From Callorhinchus milii (lineage: Eukaryota): a DNA stretch of 64,000 bases. The DNA lies in the NCBI RefSeq assembly GCF_018977255.1, contig NW_024704743.1, positions 74,650,001 to 74,714,000 of the forward strand. The letters run 5' to 3'. Under the pieces are notes generated by a model. The model was not told the origin of the DNA, did no database searches, and worked only from the letters and a program-made list of their open reading frames with translations. Within the stretch, counting starts at the first letter, position 1; the number at the start of each line of letters is the position of its first letter. Positions 25,815 through 38,740 of the stretch are shown one piece after another. The position numbers and the translations under genes are program-made.

Positions 25815-27159
25815 ACTTTACTGTATATTCTGTGAAGGACTTTGAGACATCTTGAAGATGTGATAAGTCGCTATATCAAATGCAAGGATTATTATTATTA
25901 TATTGGTTATATTCGCTTTTGCTGCTGATACTAAAATTAGATGCATGGTGAAGCATTGTGAGTGAGCTGTTCTTAATATAAGAATAATGTATTATGGGAA
26001 TGTACTTTTGCTAAGTAATACAATGGAAAAGTGCTGACCACTTGTACCTCTGTGTAACCTTTATTGTTGTGAACATAGGTGTCAACATTCTTAATGAGTA
26101 ATGTGTGGATATGTCCTGTAAACCCCTTTGAAATCTTTGACCATGTCAGATGCAATTGTGGGAAAAGAGGATGCATTGCAGATGGTCTGTTTGAAAATAA
26201 GTATGTGTGACAACCAATTAGATTTATGGTCATGGTCAGAGCAATGCACGGATGGCTGTTTGGTGATGACCAGTGCAAGAAAAGGACACAAAGACCTGTT
26301 TATTGATAGGTATAAATATTGGACACCAATAGGCTAAAGTCAGAATAGACTTGGGATTGAAGACAAAACTACAAATAAAGAAGAAAGAAACAAAAATAAA
26401 GAGGCAAAAATAAAAAAAAGAAGCTCTTGTGACCATTTATTCTGCTCTCCGATTGGTAACTATAGCTTTCTGTGTAACCTGCACATTGTTATATAAAGGT
26501 TTCTTAAAAGAAACATCTCATCTCCGTGAGTTTGATTATCTCAGTGTCTGAAACCACAACGACTTACAAGTCAACAATTTCAAATCCAGTGGTAATTTAA
26601 GTCAACAATGGTCAGTTTGTGCATTGTTAAGAATGATTGTACAAGACTTCAACATGGCATTGTAACTTGGAGAAATGGTGGAACTGGTGGCAGAAGCAAT
26701 TTAATGCTGCTGAACTTGAAGTATTGTATTTCTGAGAAAAACAAACACTGAGTGGAATTATTGGCACGAAGGGCAAACCTTCAGAGTGGAGGAGCAGAGG
26801 GATCTGAGAGTCCAAGTAAGCTCTCAGCTGAGCCCTCCTCCAGTGATAAAAAAACAAAGTAAGGCGTGCCCTGCCAGGAAGCAGGAACAGAGTGAAATTA
26901 TTTGAAATTAATAAACGGAGGAAACCCTCAGACTTCAATCGAGGGGTATTGAGTTAATAATAATAATAACCCATGCATTAGATATAGCGTCTCGTTATGT
27001 CATTGAGATGTTTCAAAGTGCTTCACAGGATGTACTGCAAAGTGGACTGACTGTGTGTTTTGTGAGCGAAACACGGCAACTAATTGCACACAGCAGTGTC
27101 CCGCAAACAGTCGTGGATTGAGCGACCACATTTATTTTGAGGAATTATTACAATAAATA

Positions 27160-28328
27160 CAAAACTACATTTGTAAAGCACTGTTCACGTCGGGAGGACA
27201 TCCCAAGGCACTGAAACAGTCAAGGATTAGGACCTGAGTGGGGGAGGGGCGGTAGGGGAGCAGGGGTGGTTGGGATCAGGGAGAGTGGAGAGCAGAGAGG
27301 GTAGGAGTGTGGCCGGAGGCACGGTCAAAGAGGAGGATCTTGAGACATGCTTGAAGGAGGCAAGGGAGTGAGCAAGCGAAGGGAATGTGGGATGGAATTC
27401 AGAGGCAGAGAGGCTGAAGGCCCAACTGCCGATGGTGGGCGGGCCGGGCAGGAGACATGGAGCAGGCCGGAGCCTGCTGAGCAGAGGGAATGGACACGTT
27501 GATAAGGGGTTACCACGTTGGAGAGGCAGGAGGGGCTAAGGCCACGGAGGGCCTTGAAGGTGAGGATGAGAATTTTGAACTCAATCCTCTGAGGGATGGG
27601 GTGCCAGTGGAGTCAGGCGATCGTGGGGATGATGGGGTCACAGAGCCTGGTGTGGGAGAGGATACGAGCTGCAGAGTTCTGGATGATCTGCAGCTTGTGG
27701 AGGGAAGAGTTGGGGAGGCCGATAAGCAGGGCGTTCGCATAGTCGAGCCTGGTTGTAATGTCGGCATGTAATGAGGGTTTTGGTGGCCTGAGAAGTGAGG
27801 CAGTTGCGGAGTCAGGCAATGTTGCAGTGGTGGGGGAATACAGAGCGAGTCATGGCATAGATGTGGGGAAGAAAGGACAGTTGAGGGTTGAATAAGACGC
27901 CTAGGCTTGGTGAGGTGGAGGTGGACTGTGCATCCTTGGATGCTGATGATGCCAATGCCTGAGGTAAGGAAGCGCTGGCGTGATCCAATCAGGAGAACCT
28001 TGGTCTTGCTGACGTTCAACTGTAGAAAGTTGGCTCTCATCCAGGACTTGATGTCTGACAGGCAGTCTGTCAGGACAGCAGTGGTCCTGGGGTCGAGGGT
28101 GGAGGCAGAAAGATAGAGTTGGGTGTCATCTGCATACATGTGGAAGTTGACCCCATGTCTGCGGATGATGTCACCAAGAGGGAGCCTATAGATATTGAAA
28201 AGAGGAGAACCAAGAACAGAGCCCCGAGGAATATTGCACGAGACGGTGCGGGGGCTGGAGGATAAGCCATTTGTGGAAACAAAGTGGAGCCAGTGTGGGA
28301 GATAGGATCTGAAGCATTCAAGGACAGA
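27160..28328 (-). mobile_element. L2 fragment
   Basis: [38 protein letters not shown]. Confidence 0.88.
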
Positions 28329-29239
28329 ATGAAATCACCACCAGAAAGCTACCCACCAATTGTCTAACAACCAGATTTCCAATTACTGCTAGATAAACAG
28401 AGGCATGTGGAGTAAGGAAACTTCCCTAAGGTTTCGCCCTGCCTGGAAATTGAAGTCCACAACAAGTTTTTAGAAATGGATGGAAGAATGCAATACTTCA
28501 TCACAGATTTGATAATTTGTTTGATAATTGAATAGCATATCTTTCATCTCAATTGAATGCTCAGTAAAGAATGAAGTGGCCACCCGTTAATACAGCTGTT
28601 ACCAGATATTATAGGTAGATTGAGGGCCATCAATGAACACAGTACAGCAATGTCAGGCACAACTGAGCAGCCTTCATGGACTCAACATTCTCCTCCAAGG
28701 AAAACCCCCCAGGGATACAGCAAGAATCAACCAGGAATAAATTTTTTGTGAGGCCTTTGCATTGTCAAAAAGAATGGTCAGGAGAAAATAAGATCAAAAC
28801 AGTTGTAAAAGAAACAATCATAATAATTGTAAAATAATTCTTTCTGATATAGGATTTTGCAGTAATGATATAAGCCATAATAATCCACTCCACCACCTTG
28901 AACCACATCCCATTTTGAACTAAGGGGAACTGAGAGTATGTGTTATCCAAACACCTCACAATTAGCTGCTTGGTAGACAAGCCATCTTACACTGTGTGAC
29001 TTGACTGTCTCTGTGTAAATGTTTAACAATCCAAACAACAATAATAATAATCCTTATATTTGGTATAGCAACTTTTATGTTGAGTATATGTCCCAAAGCA
29101 GGATATACTGTAAGGTGCTGTGACTGTGTATTTTTTGGGCACATGTGGACGAACAAAATGCAGAACAATACTGAGGAACATTAATAGCTAGAGCTTGCTA
29201 AATTGAATGTCTCAGACTCAATTCCAGGGAATTACCGTT

Positions 29240-30130
29240 TCAACAACAACAAAATGACATTTATAGAGCGCCTTTCACGTTGGGAGGATGTCCCAAAGCG
29301 CTGAACAGTCAGGTGACGGGGCCCGAGCATGGGGAGGGGTGGTGTAGCGGTGAGGGAAGGCAGAGAGGTGGGAGGGAGACCAAAGGCACGATCGACGAGA
29401 AAGGTCTTGACACCGGCTTTGAAGGAGGCAAAGGAGGAAGCGAGGCGAAGGGACTGTGGGATGGAGTTCCAGAGCCTGGGGACAGAGAGGCTGAGAGCCC
29501 GGCTTCCGATGGTAGGACGGATCAGGCGGGAGACATGGAGCAGGCTGGAGCACGATGAACGGAGAGAGCGGGCAGGTTGGTAGGGAGTCAGCAGGTCAGA
29601 GAGGTAGATCCTCTGGGGAATGGAGAGCCAGTGGAGTCGGGCGAGGGTGGGAGTGATGGGGGCGCGAGCCTGTTGCGTGAGAGTACACGAGCTGAAGAGT
29701 TTTTGATGATCTGCAGCTTGTGAAGGGAAGAGTTGGGAAGGCCGATGAGGAGGCAATTCACGTAATCGAGCCTTGATGTGACGAATGCGTGGGTGAATTC
29801 TGCAGCCTGAGGGGTGAGGCAGTGGCAGAGTCTGGCAATGTTGCGGAGGTGGTGGTAGGCAGGGCGTGGATGTGGGGGAGAAAGGACAGTTCAGGGTCAA
29901 ACAAGACACCCAGTTTCCTGACTGGCTTAGTGAGGTTGAATGTGTAGCCGTGGAGGCTGATGCTGCCAGTACCCAAAGTGCGGAGGCGCTGGCGCGAGCC
30001 AATCAGGAGGGCCTCAGTCTTGCTGACTTTGAGTTGGAGAAAGTTATCTCTCATCCAGGACATAATGTCGGACAGGCAGTCGGTCAGGCGCCAGTAGTCC
30101 TGGAGTTGAGGGTGGAAGCAGAGAGATAGA
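29240..30130 (-). mobile_element. L2 3' fragment
   Basis: CLSDI.SWM, LGVLFDPELSF, ITPTLARLHWL, PRLWNSIP; (GTT)n tail. Confidence 0.86.
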
Positions 30131-31014
30131 GCTCTCTGTGTTATCTTCCTAGATTTACTTGTCACATCCACCACCATTAAACAAATTACTTGTACACTCT
30201 TCACTTAGCAGCAAGTGCTCTCACAGTGGGTTAAGCCTATCAGAAGGTTGTGAATCCAACCCCTGGGTCACAGTTGACCTCACAGCCTAGGCTGACTCTC
30301 CAGTGTAATAATAATAATCCTTGCATTTGATATAGCACCTTATCATGTCTTCGAGACGTCTCAAAGTGCTTCACAGAATATACTGTAAAGTGAATTGACT
30401 GTATGTTTTGTGGGCGATACCTAGTAGTGTAGGACTGGGGCAGAGCTGTTCAGGTGGAGGTTCTGTCCTTAATGAGAGACAGTAAACAGAAACATCCTTC
30501 TGTTTTGATGGATGTTAATGACATCATGACACTATTTGAGGAGAGTTTCTCCCGGTTTCCTATCCAACAAATCATTTCAGTTAATTGGATCATGGTCACC
30601 TTGTGATTAACTGTGGGACATTGTTTTATGTAAATTGATTGCTGCATTCACCACAAACATAGCCACAGCAATTTCCTGTGAAGTTTTTGAGACATTATAA
30701 CATTATAGGTGTTATGTTATTGTAATAATAATAGAAATCGTTGCATTTGGTGTAACGCTTTTCCTTTCAGAAGGACTTCCCAAAGCTCTTCACAGGATTT
30801 ATTGTAAAGTGTATTGATTGTGAGGCGCACACAGCAGGCAATTTGCAAAAACAACAATAAATTGCATTTACATAGCACCTTTTACATCGGGTGGATGACC
30901 CACACAACAATGTCCCACAAGTAGCTATGGAGTGAGAAACCAATATAATTCAGGGAATTGTCAGCGAGGATCCCGGGAAAAACGCCTTTCTCTTTTCGAA
31001 TAGTGCCGTGGGAT

Positions 31015-32125
31015 CTTTCCTCTCCTCTCACCTCAACCTTCATGGTTCTATCCTTGAATGGTTCAAATCCTACCTCTCGCACCGTCTCCACTTCATCTCC
31101 ACAAACGGCTTCTCCTCTAGCCCCCGCACTGTCTTGTGTGGCATTTCTCAGGGCTCTGTCCTTGGTTCCCCTTCTTTTCAATATCTATATGCTCTTTCTT
31201 GGTGACATCATCCGCAGACATGGGGTCAACTTCCACATGTATATGGATGACACCCAACTCTATCTTTCTGCCTCCACTCTTGACTCCAGGACAACTGCTG
31301 TGTTGACAGACTGAATGTCAGACATCAAGCCCTGGATGAGAGCCAACTTTCTTCAGTTGAACGTCATCAAGACTGAGGCTCCCCTGATTGGCTCCCGTAG
31401 CACCTCCACACCTCAGGCGCTGACAGCATCGCCATCCACGGTTGCACACTCCACCTCACTGAGCCAGTCCGGAACCTTGGGGTCTTGTTTGACCCTCAAC
31501 TATCCTTTCTACCCCACATCCGTGCCATGATCCGCTCTGCCTTCCCCCACCTCCGCAACATCGCCCGGTTCCGCCACTGCCTCACCCTTCAGGCCTCCAA
31601 AACCCTCTTCCACACATTCATCACATTCATGGGCTTAACTCTTCCCTCCACAAACTGCAGATTATCCAGAACTCTGGAGCTTGCGTCCTGTCCCACACTA
31701 GGCTCTGTAGCGCCATCACCCCCATCCTCACCTGACTACACTGGCTTCCCATCTCCCAGCGGATGGAGTTCAAAATCCTCGTGCTCGCCTTCAAGGCCCT
31801 CCACGGCCTTGCCCTTCCCTACATCTGCAACCTGCTGACCCCATATCAACCTGTCCGCTCCCTCCACTCAGCAGCCTCTGGCCTGCTCCATGTTGCCCAC
31901 CAACCCCTCTCCACGATCGGCGGTCGGGCCTTCAGCCTTCTGACCCCATCCTATGAAAGTCCATCCCACATTCTCTTCACCTCCCTCCCTTGCTTCCTTC
32001 AAAGCACGTCTGAAAACCCACCTCTTCAACCAAGCCTTTGGCCACCCTCCTTCCCTTCCTGCTCTCAAGGTGTCCCTGATCCCAACCCCCAGCTCGGGTC
32101 GAAATCCCTGACTGTCCAGCGCCTT
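31015..32125 (+). mobile_element. L2 fragment (sense strand)
   Basis: [33 protein letters not shown]. Confidence 0.86.
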
Positions 32126-32478
32126 GTTGGCAGGCGCCAAATGGAGAGCAAAATAGAGAGAAGACAAAAAAAAGGGAAAGATGAAGCAATTTTTTTCCAC
32201 AAAATGAGTTTGTATAATTTGAAAAATGAATTACATTAAAAATGCAATGTAATTAGAATGACAGAGATGAGTTAAAAACAACACATTGTATGGGAGATTA
32301 AAATACAGGGGAACTTCCTTATAACCCATTGGCTGAGTCCATTGTCAAACCAAATAAATTGTGAGTGACTTATGCGATATCAGGTTGCCGCAAACATCAC
32401 TTCTTATACATTGCGCACATTCATGTTGAACTTAGGTGGAGCTCGCATGTACATACACAATACACAGCATTTTTGTAA

Positions 32479-33005
32479 GTTAGAAAAGTTACCACAGGGG
32501 TAACTGGCTTTTGGCGGCCTAGCGTTCATAGTGACATTGCTTTATGAACCTCCGAAAATAATAATCCTTGCATTTGATATAGCGCTTTTCACGTCGGGAG
32601 GACATCCCAAAGCGCTTCACAGAACACACTGTAAAGTGAATTGACTGTATATTTGTGGGCGAACGCGGCAGCCAATTGCGCACAGCAATGTCCCACAAAC
32701 AGTCGTAGATTGAAAATGACCAATTTTATTATTGTTTTTCGTTTTTGGAGGGATTATTATTAGGTGTGTGGAGTAAGGAAACTTGCCCAAGGTTTCGCCC
32801 TGCCTGGAATTGAACTCAGGTCTCTCGCTTGCAAAGGAGTGCTCTAACCACTGAGCTACAGGACTCCACAGGACCGATGACCTCTTCCTGTCATTGTAAT
32901 GCAGATCTCACCAAGTGTTGGATTGTTCACCCACTAATTGGGAAATTGAGCTGGGTTTAGTTGTCATGAGACAGGGTAATTTTATCCTGGTCATGATGCG
33001 TTGTT
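32479..33005 (+). pseudogene. Degenerate 28S rRNA fragment (domain V / peptidyl-transferase region) split by a SINE
   Basis: AGAAAAGTTACCACAGGG-TAACTGGCTT-TGGCGGCC-AGCGTTCATAG (32482-32555) and CTCTTCCT-TCATTGT...CACCAAG-GTTGGATTGTTCACCCACTAAT-GGGAA--TGAGCTGGGTTTAG (32881 onward) match consecutive conserved eukaryotic LSU rRNA sequence. Confidence 0.88.
32556..32873 (-). mobile_element. Young tRNA-derived SINE inserted into the 28S fragment, flanked by CCGA
   Basis: Family match; CCGA at 32552-32555 and 32874-32877. Confidence 0.88.
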
Positions 33006-34916
33006 CCAATCACAAATGCTGACTTGCTTCCTGTATTACAAGTGCAGAAACTGTAATTACATCCTTCACAAGGCCAGATGCCGATCATCAAAGTAAGGTT
33101 GTATGGTATTGGTCCCGTAACCTTGCTGGGGCAAGGTCAAAGAAAACAAGTGTGAGTTGTTACAAGACCTGGTGATGGACTTTAAGTATTTTACCTGGAT
33201 ATTGCTAATAATAACCATTCTGAGTTAAGATTGAACCTATTTTTTTCCAATGGGACTGGTAAGAGCATTGTCTACAAACCATATTGTGATACTTTCACGT
33301 GAAGCGTGTGAGAAGTGATGTCCAAGGTGACCTTATGACAAAATAGTCGCAGTAGGACCCAGAATGGCAGGAAACTGTCACCTGCAGGTGCTCCTGAAAA
33401 CTTTCAACAACAAAAACAAGAACAATTTGCATTTATATAGCACCCTGCATGTAGGGAAGTGTCTCGGAACACTTAACAATAGTGTGATTTGATGCCAAGC
33501 TGGGGAGAAAAGGGAGGTGACCGTCAGCACGGTGTGATCTGAAAATGGATAGAGGGGGCAAGGTGGGGAGTTTGAGGCAGGGAATTCCAGAGGTTCAGGG
33601 TGTAGTGGCTAAAAGCACAGCTGCTGATGGTGGAGCGGAGGGGTCAAGGGACATGCAGAATGCCAGAGCCAGGTGAGTGAAGAGGGTGGGTAGAGGAGTG
33701 CAGCATAAGCAGGTCAGAGAGGAAGGGAGAGGCTACAACAACAACAACAACAACTTGCATTTATATAGCGACTCTCATGCAGGACAGTGTCCCGGAGCAA
33801 TTAAAGAGCATCTTAACATAATGTTTGTGAGTAACATCTTTGCGTGCAACATGTTTGCATTCCATCCATTTACGATTCCTTTTACAAAAGCATTGTTTAC
33901 ATGGCTGGTCCACATGCTCTGTTATTATGTCCTGTTAGCTCTGCACCCTACTATAGGGGAATAATAATAATTGATATAACAACTTATTATGTCGTTGAGA
34001 TGTCTCAAAACAATTAGAATAGGATACTGTTATGTTGCCCTTCCATATAGCACTGCCTCGCTTACAAGGCAAGTCTCCTGCGAACAAGTACCAACTGGGA
34101 CGTGAGGGGTGCTATATAAATGCAAATTGTTGTTGTTGCAGCCCTTCCCTTCCTCTCTGATCTGCTTATACTACACTTCTCTACAGTATAAGCAGGCCAG
34201 AGAGGAAGGGAGGGGCATAAAGAGATTTGTAAGTGAGTGTGAGGATTTTTAAATCAATCCGTACTGTGACAGCCTGCTAAGAACAGCAATGACGAGGGTG
34301 CAGAGTTTACTATGAGTGAGGATATAGGGGGTAGTTTTGAACCAATTGCACTTTGTGAATAGCGCAGCTGGGGAGAGCAGTGAGGAGTGTATTAGAGAAA
34401 TCAAGGTGGGAGGTGACAAAAGTGTGGGTGAGGGTTTTGGATGTGAGGTATAGTTGGAGGCGGGCATGAGGTATGGTCAGAGTCGGACGATATGACAGAG
34501 GTGGAGGAAAGCTGGGACAGGATGTAAGCTGACAGAACATTTCATAATACGGTAATGAAACATATTAACGAACACCACAATATTTAACCCATAGTTAGGA
34601 TAGGCTAAAAAAACTATCTCTTTTGGCTTGGAGAGAGAGGAGAAGATCTAATTGAACGTTTTTGAGAGGAGAGTGAAAAATGCTTCCCACTGGTTGGTAA
34701 ATCAGTAACAAGGGGATATACACTCATGATTGTCACTGGGAGATTAAGCAGGACGTTAGGAGAAACTTCATCAGAGAGAAGGTTGGTAGAATATGGAATA
34801 GTTTGTTAAAAGTGGCAATCAGAGCTAAGACTTTAACACTACTTAAATGGGAATTAGATTGCACTTAAAATGAGGAATAAAAAGGGTCAATAGGAAAGGG
34901 CAGGAATTGGACGGTA

Positions 34917-35150
34917 ACAACAACAACAACAACAACAACAAGATTCCATTTATAAAGCGCCTTTCACGTCAGGAGGACGTCCCAAGGCGCTGCACAGTTG
35001 GGTCATGACCCGAGCAGGGGGGAAATGGTCAGGGTGAGGGGAGGGAAGGGAGGGAGCGAGGAGGGGGGAAATGGTCAGGGTGAGGGGAGGGAAGGGAGGG
35101 AGCGAGGAGGGGAAGAGAGTCGAGAGGGGAGCTGAAGGCTCGGTCAAAGA
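34917..35150 (-). mobile_element. Young L2 3' end with a short internal tandem duplication
   Basis: Near-identical to 2156-2350; GGGGGGAAATGGTCAGGGTGAGGGGAGGGAAGGGAGGGAGCGAGGA occurs twice. Confidence 0.82.
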
Positions 35151-37612
35151 GTAACGCAACCAGGGCAAAATTCTTGTGCTATTATGAGCTTTGCATCTCT
35201 TGTGCAACACATTGACATGCCCTGAACCACATCCTTTTTTGAGTTTAAGGGAACTGAGAGTATCTGTTGTTCGTCATAATCAGTTGCTTTAAATGAATCA
35301 TCTGTTTTCGTTAGTCAAGTGTCTGACACATGCGGAGACTCATCACCATGGTTTGAGTATCCAAACCAAACTGAGACTTCCAATCATCCCACCTACACAT
35401 GGAGATTGCAGAGACGTTTATTGGATTGGAATGTCGCACTCTCTCCCTGAAGGATGATTAGTATGGCCTGTGAAGTCCTTTGGGATGTCCTCCTGATGTG
35501 AAAGATGCTCTACCAAATGCAAGAATTATTAGTATTATCTGCAGTCGTTCCTGTGCATTTTTAATGTTTTAATAGCAGTGTCCCACAAACAGTTGTAGAT
35601 TTTCTTCCACAAGTGTATTCAGTTCCTTGATAAAACATTCCACTTTCTAGCACCTCTTTGTGAAAAAAAACATCTTTATCTATCTAGCAGCAATTCTCAA
35701 TTCATTTGTTTACAAGCTCACTGTAATCAATGGAATAGGGCATCGGGTTTGGGGGAAAGAGGAAATAAAGGTGTTTGGCGAGACGTGGTTTAACAAAACT
35801 AAAAAGGTTTTAATAAATTCAGATTGCTATGATTCATTATATATCGGTTGGGTTGAATGACTCTGTCTCCAGCTTTGGGTAGCTCTTCCTTTTATAAATA
35901 ATAATCCTTGCATTTGATATAGCGCTTTTTACGTCTTCTAGACGTCTCAACGCACTTTTAAAATATATTGTAAAGGGAATTGACTGTATATTTGTGGACG
36001 AAATGTGGCAGCCAATTAAGCACAGCAGTGTCCCACAAACAGTCGTAGATTGAAGTGACCAATTTATTATTTTTTTCATTAAATCCAATAAGCTTCTCCA
36101 GTGCTGTGAGCATCAGCAATTGTGGTGAATTAAAAAAAAGGACATGTGCCCCTGGATTTGATTACAAAATGTGGTCTCCCAACCTATTTAAGCTCATCAC
36201 AGCATCAAGCTAATTTTTCAATGAGTCCAGTGCCCAGCTCTCAGTCACCCTTCTTGGCAAACATCTATTTGCAGGCAGTTTCTAGGAGAGATGTAACGTC
36301 TCCCTGAATATCTGAGCCCCACTTAACTAGCCCACAGAAAATATGTAAACTGACATTATCTCTATCAAAGTTTGGCTCCTGAATTTTTGGGTTAATATAT
36401 CATGTGAAATACACTATAATACAGTATACATTTGCAAAGCACTTTTCACATCAGAGGGATGTTTCAAGGCGCTTTTCGTAATCTTAGACTCTATTTCAAA
36501 AATCCGATTTGGAGTGAGTGCAAGGAGGCTGCCAGATTCACTCCAGAATTTGAAGCTCACAGCTTTGAGGACAGGTTGCCACTCTGGTATGTTTTCCTCA
36601 TCAACACAGAAGGGGTATTTAAAAAAAATACAAGTTTATATTTATATAGCACCTTTCATGTCAGGATGACGTCCCAAGGTGCTTAACAGTCCTGGCTTGG
36701 CGCCAATAGGGGATTAACAAAGGTGCCAAATGGTGCCATGGCCCCGTGCCCATTCAGCAGGGAACTGGCTATACGGACGATTGGGACATTTCCCGAACTC
36801 CCCCTGGGTTGCCTACTGAGCAACCCCATGATTGCCTAATGAGCACTCCTCATGAATCAGTGGCCCCTATTTTACCTCACAATCTCAAGCCCTTTCAGAT
36901 CCAGTCACCCACTTGACCCATTATCATCTACTAATAAAGACAAAATGTCGGACTGCATGTCTGTGTGTGTGTGTCTGTCTGTCAAAAACACAATAATCGA
37001 TTAATATAGAGACATGATTTGTAACTCATCGGAAAGGTCTTGCATGGACGAGTGTCATGGGCATATTTGTTATCATTAATTAGTTACATTAAGAAATATA
37101 TTAAAAATGTTTTAATTATGACAAAAAACAGGTATGCATGATATTCTGCAACAAAGTGGTGGCAGAGTTCTGTGGCTGAATGGATCCCCTCAATTTTGGT
37201 CTCGAGGAAATCCAGCAAAACAAATAAAATTGGTTATTCATTTCATGGCTGTTTGTGGGACATTGCTGTGTGCAAATTGACCGCGCAGTTTGCTTACAAA
37301 ATGTATTCCCGACAACTTTACCTTACATCCTGTGAGACATCTAACTGACGTGCAAAGATTATCATCATTAAGTACTTGCTCAGCAACATTCACTTCCTCT
37401 TAGAAAAAGTGTACATGGAGAATTGGCAAAGTGCTCTACCGTATTCCGACTGCTGGATTCAGTTTGATCTAATTTGATTTGATTGTCACGTCTACAGAAA
37501 AAGGCACAAGGTATTGTAAATCTTTACATTTCTCTTAGCACTTCGTCAGAAGTACAGTATATTCATATTGTTTTGTTATCATTAAACCGTCTTCCTCTCT
37601 TTTGTGTAGTTC

Positions 37613-38740
37613 ATGATGCAATCCAACAGTTTCCACAATTTTAATTCAACTCTTCGTTATATAACTGAAGACACCAGCAATTACTTCGATTATGATGTAA
37701 ATACATCAAATTCAGATTCCTATTACGTTATACTGTGTGAAGATGAAGATTTACAACAATTTGGAGCTACATTCACAGTGGTCTTCTACGTCCTTGTTTT
37801 CATCCTTGCGACCATAGGTAACATCTTACTTTTGTGGATCATGTTGAGGTACGAGAAGCTGAAAACCATAACGGACATATTCATTGTGAATCTGGCCATT
37901 TCGGATTTGCTTTTTGCCGCCTCACTCCCGTTTTGGGCAAAGGATCACGTATCTGGATGGGTCTTTGGGAACGCCATGTGCAAATTACTGAGCGGCGTTT
38001 TCTTCGTTGGCTATTACAGCGGGATCATGTTTCTGACACTGATGACGGCTGATCGATACTTTGCTGTGGTCCACGCTGTTTACGCTTCAAGAAGTAGAAA
38101 AACCTGCTACGCAGTCACAGCAAGCCTGGTCGTTTGGGCAATTAGTTTATCAGCCTCAGTGCCTGAATTCATTTACTCCACTGAAATTACATGGGATCAA
38201 ACAAAGTTTTGTGAGGCTAACTATCCAGAAGATAGTGAACACATCTGGTTGTTGTTCGGGTATTACCAGCAAATTATATTGTTCTTCTTAATTCCATTAG
38301 TTGTCATTGTGTATTGCTATTATAAAATCATGAACACTGTGCTGAGGTGTAAAGCAAGGAAGAAGTACAAAGCAGTGAAGGTGATCTTGTGTATTGTGGT
38401 GATTTTCTTCCTGTGTTGGGCACCATACAATATGGTGATTTTCCTGGTCTCTCTGAAACAACTTAATGTGTCGCCATTCACAACCTGTGAGATGAGCAAA
38501 CACATCGACTACGCGTATTTCATCAGTCGTAACCTCGCTTATTTCCACTGCTGTCTCAACCCCGTGTTTTACGCTTTTGTAGGTACAAAATTTAAAATGT
38601 ATTTAGTGCAATGTCTGGGAAAATTGTTTCCATGTATTAAAGTCAGCAAACAAGTTTCCAGAAGCACAACTGCCAACCACAGCAGCTCTCAAACCTGGTT
38701 CGATGGTGAGTTAGTGGTTAAGTCATGTCTAGAAAGGTAG
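37613..38740 (+). CDS. XCR1: XCR1-like chemokine receptor, copy A (375 aa)
   Basis: 7TM; LWIMLRYEKLKTITDIFIVNL, YYQQIILFFL and CEMSKHIDYAYFISRNLAYFHCCLNPVFYAFVG resemble XCR1 (WVLVKYESL..., YQHNLFFL, CEAKQQLEYALLICRNLAFSHCC). DRY motif. Acceptor cttcctctcttttgtgtag ends at 37609; AATAAA at 38998. Confidence 0.82.
   Translation: MMQSNSFHNFNSTLRYITEDTSNYFDYDVNTSNSDSYYVILCEDEDLQQFGATFTVVFYVLVFILATIGNILLLWIMLRYEKLKTITDIFIVNLAISDLLFAASLPFWAKDHVSGWVFGNAMCKLLSGVFFVGYYSGIMFLTLMTADRYFAVVHAVYASRSRKTCYAVTASLVVWAISLSASVPEFIYSTEITWDQTKFCEANYPEDSEHIWLLFGYYQQIILFFLIPLVVIVYCYYKIMNTVLRCKARKKYKAVKVILCIVVIFFLCWAPYNMVIFLVSLKQLNVSPFTTCEMSKHIDYAYFISRNLAYFHCCLNPVFYAFVGTKFKMYLVQCLGKLFPCIKVSKQVSRSTTANHSSSQTWFDGELVVKSCLER

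Noticed and set aside
26040..26870. CCAAT/TATA-like motifs and GTAAG sites as a promoter or solo LTR
   Set aside because: Short motifs expected by chance in AT-rich DNA; no independent support.
32479..33005. Functional rRNA gene
   Set aside because: Short, mutated and SINE-interrupted, with no flanking rDNA.
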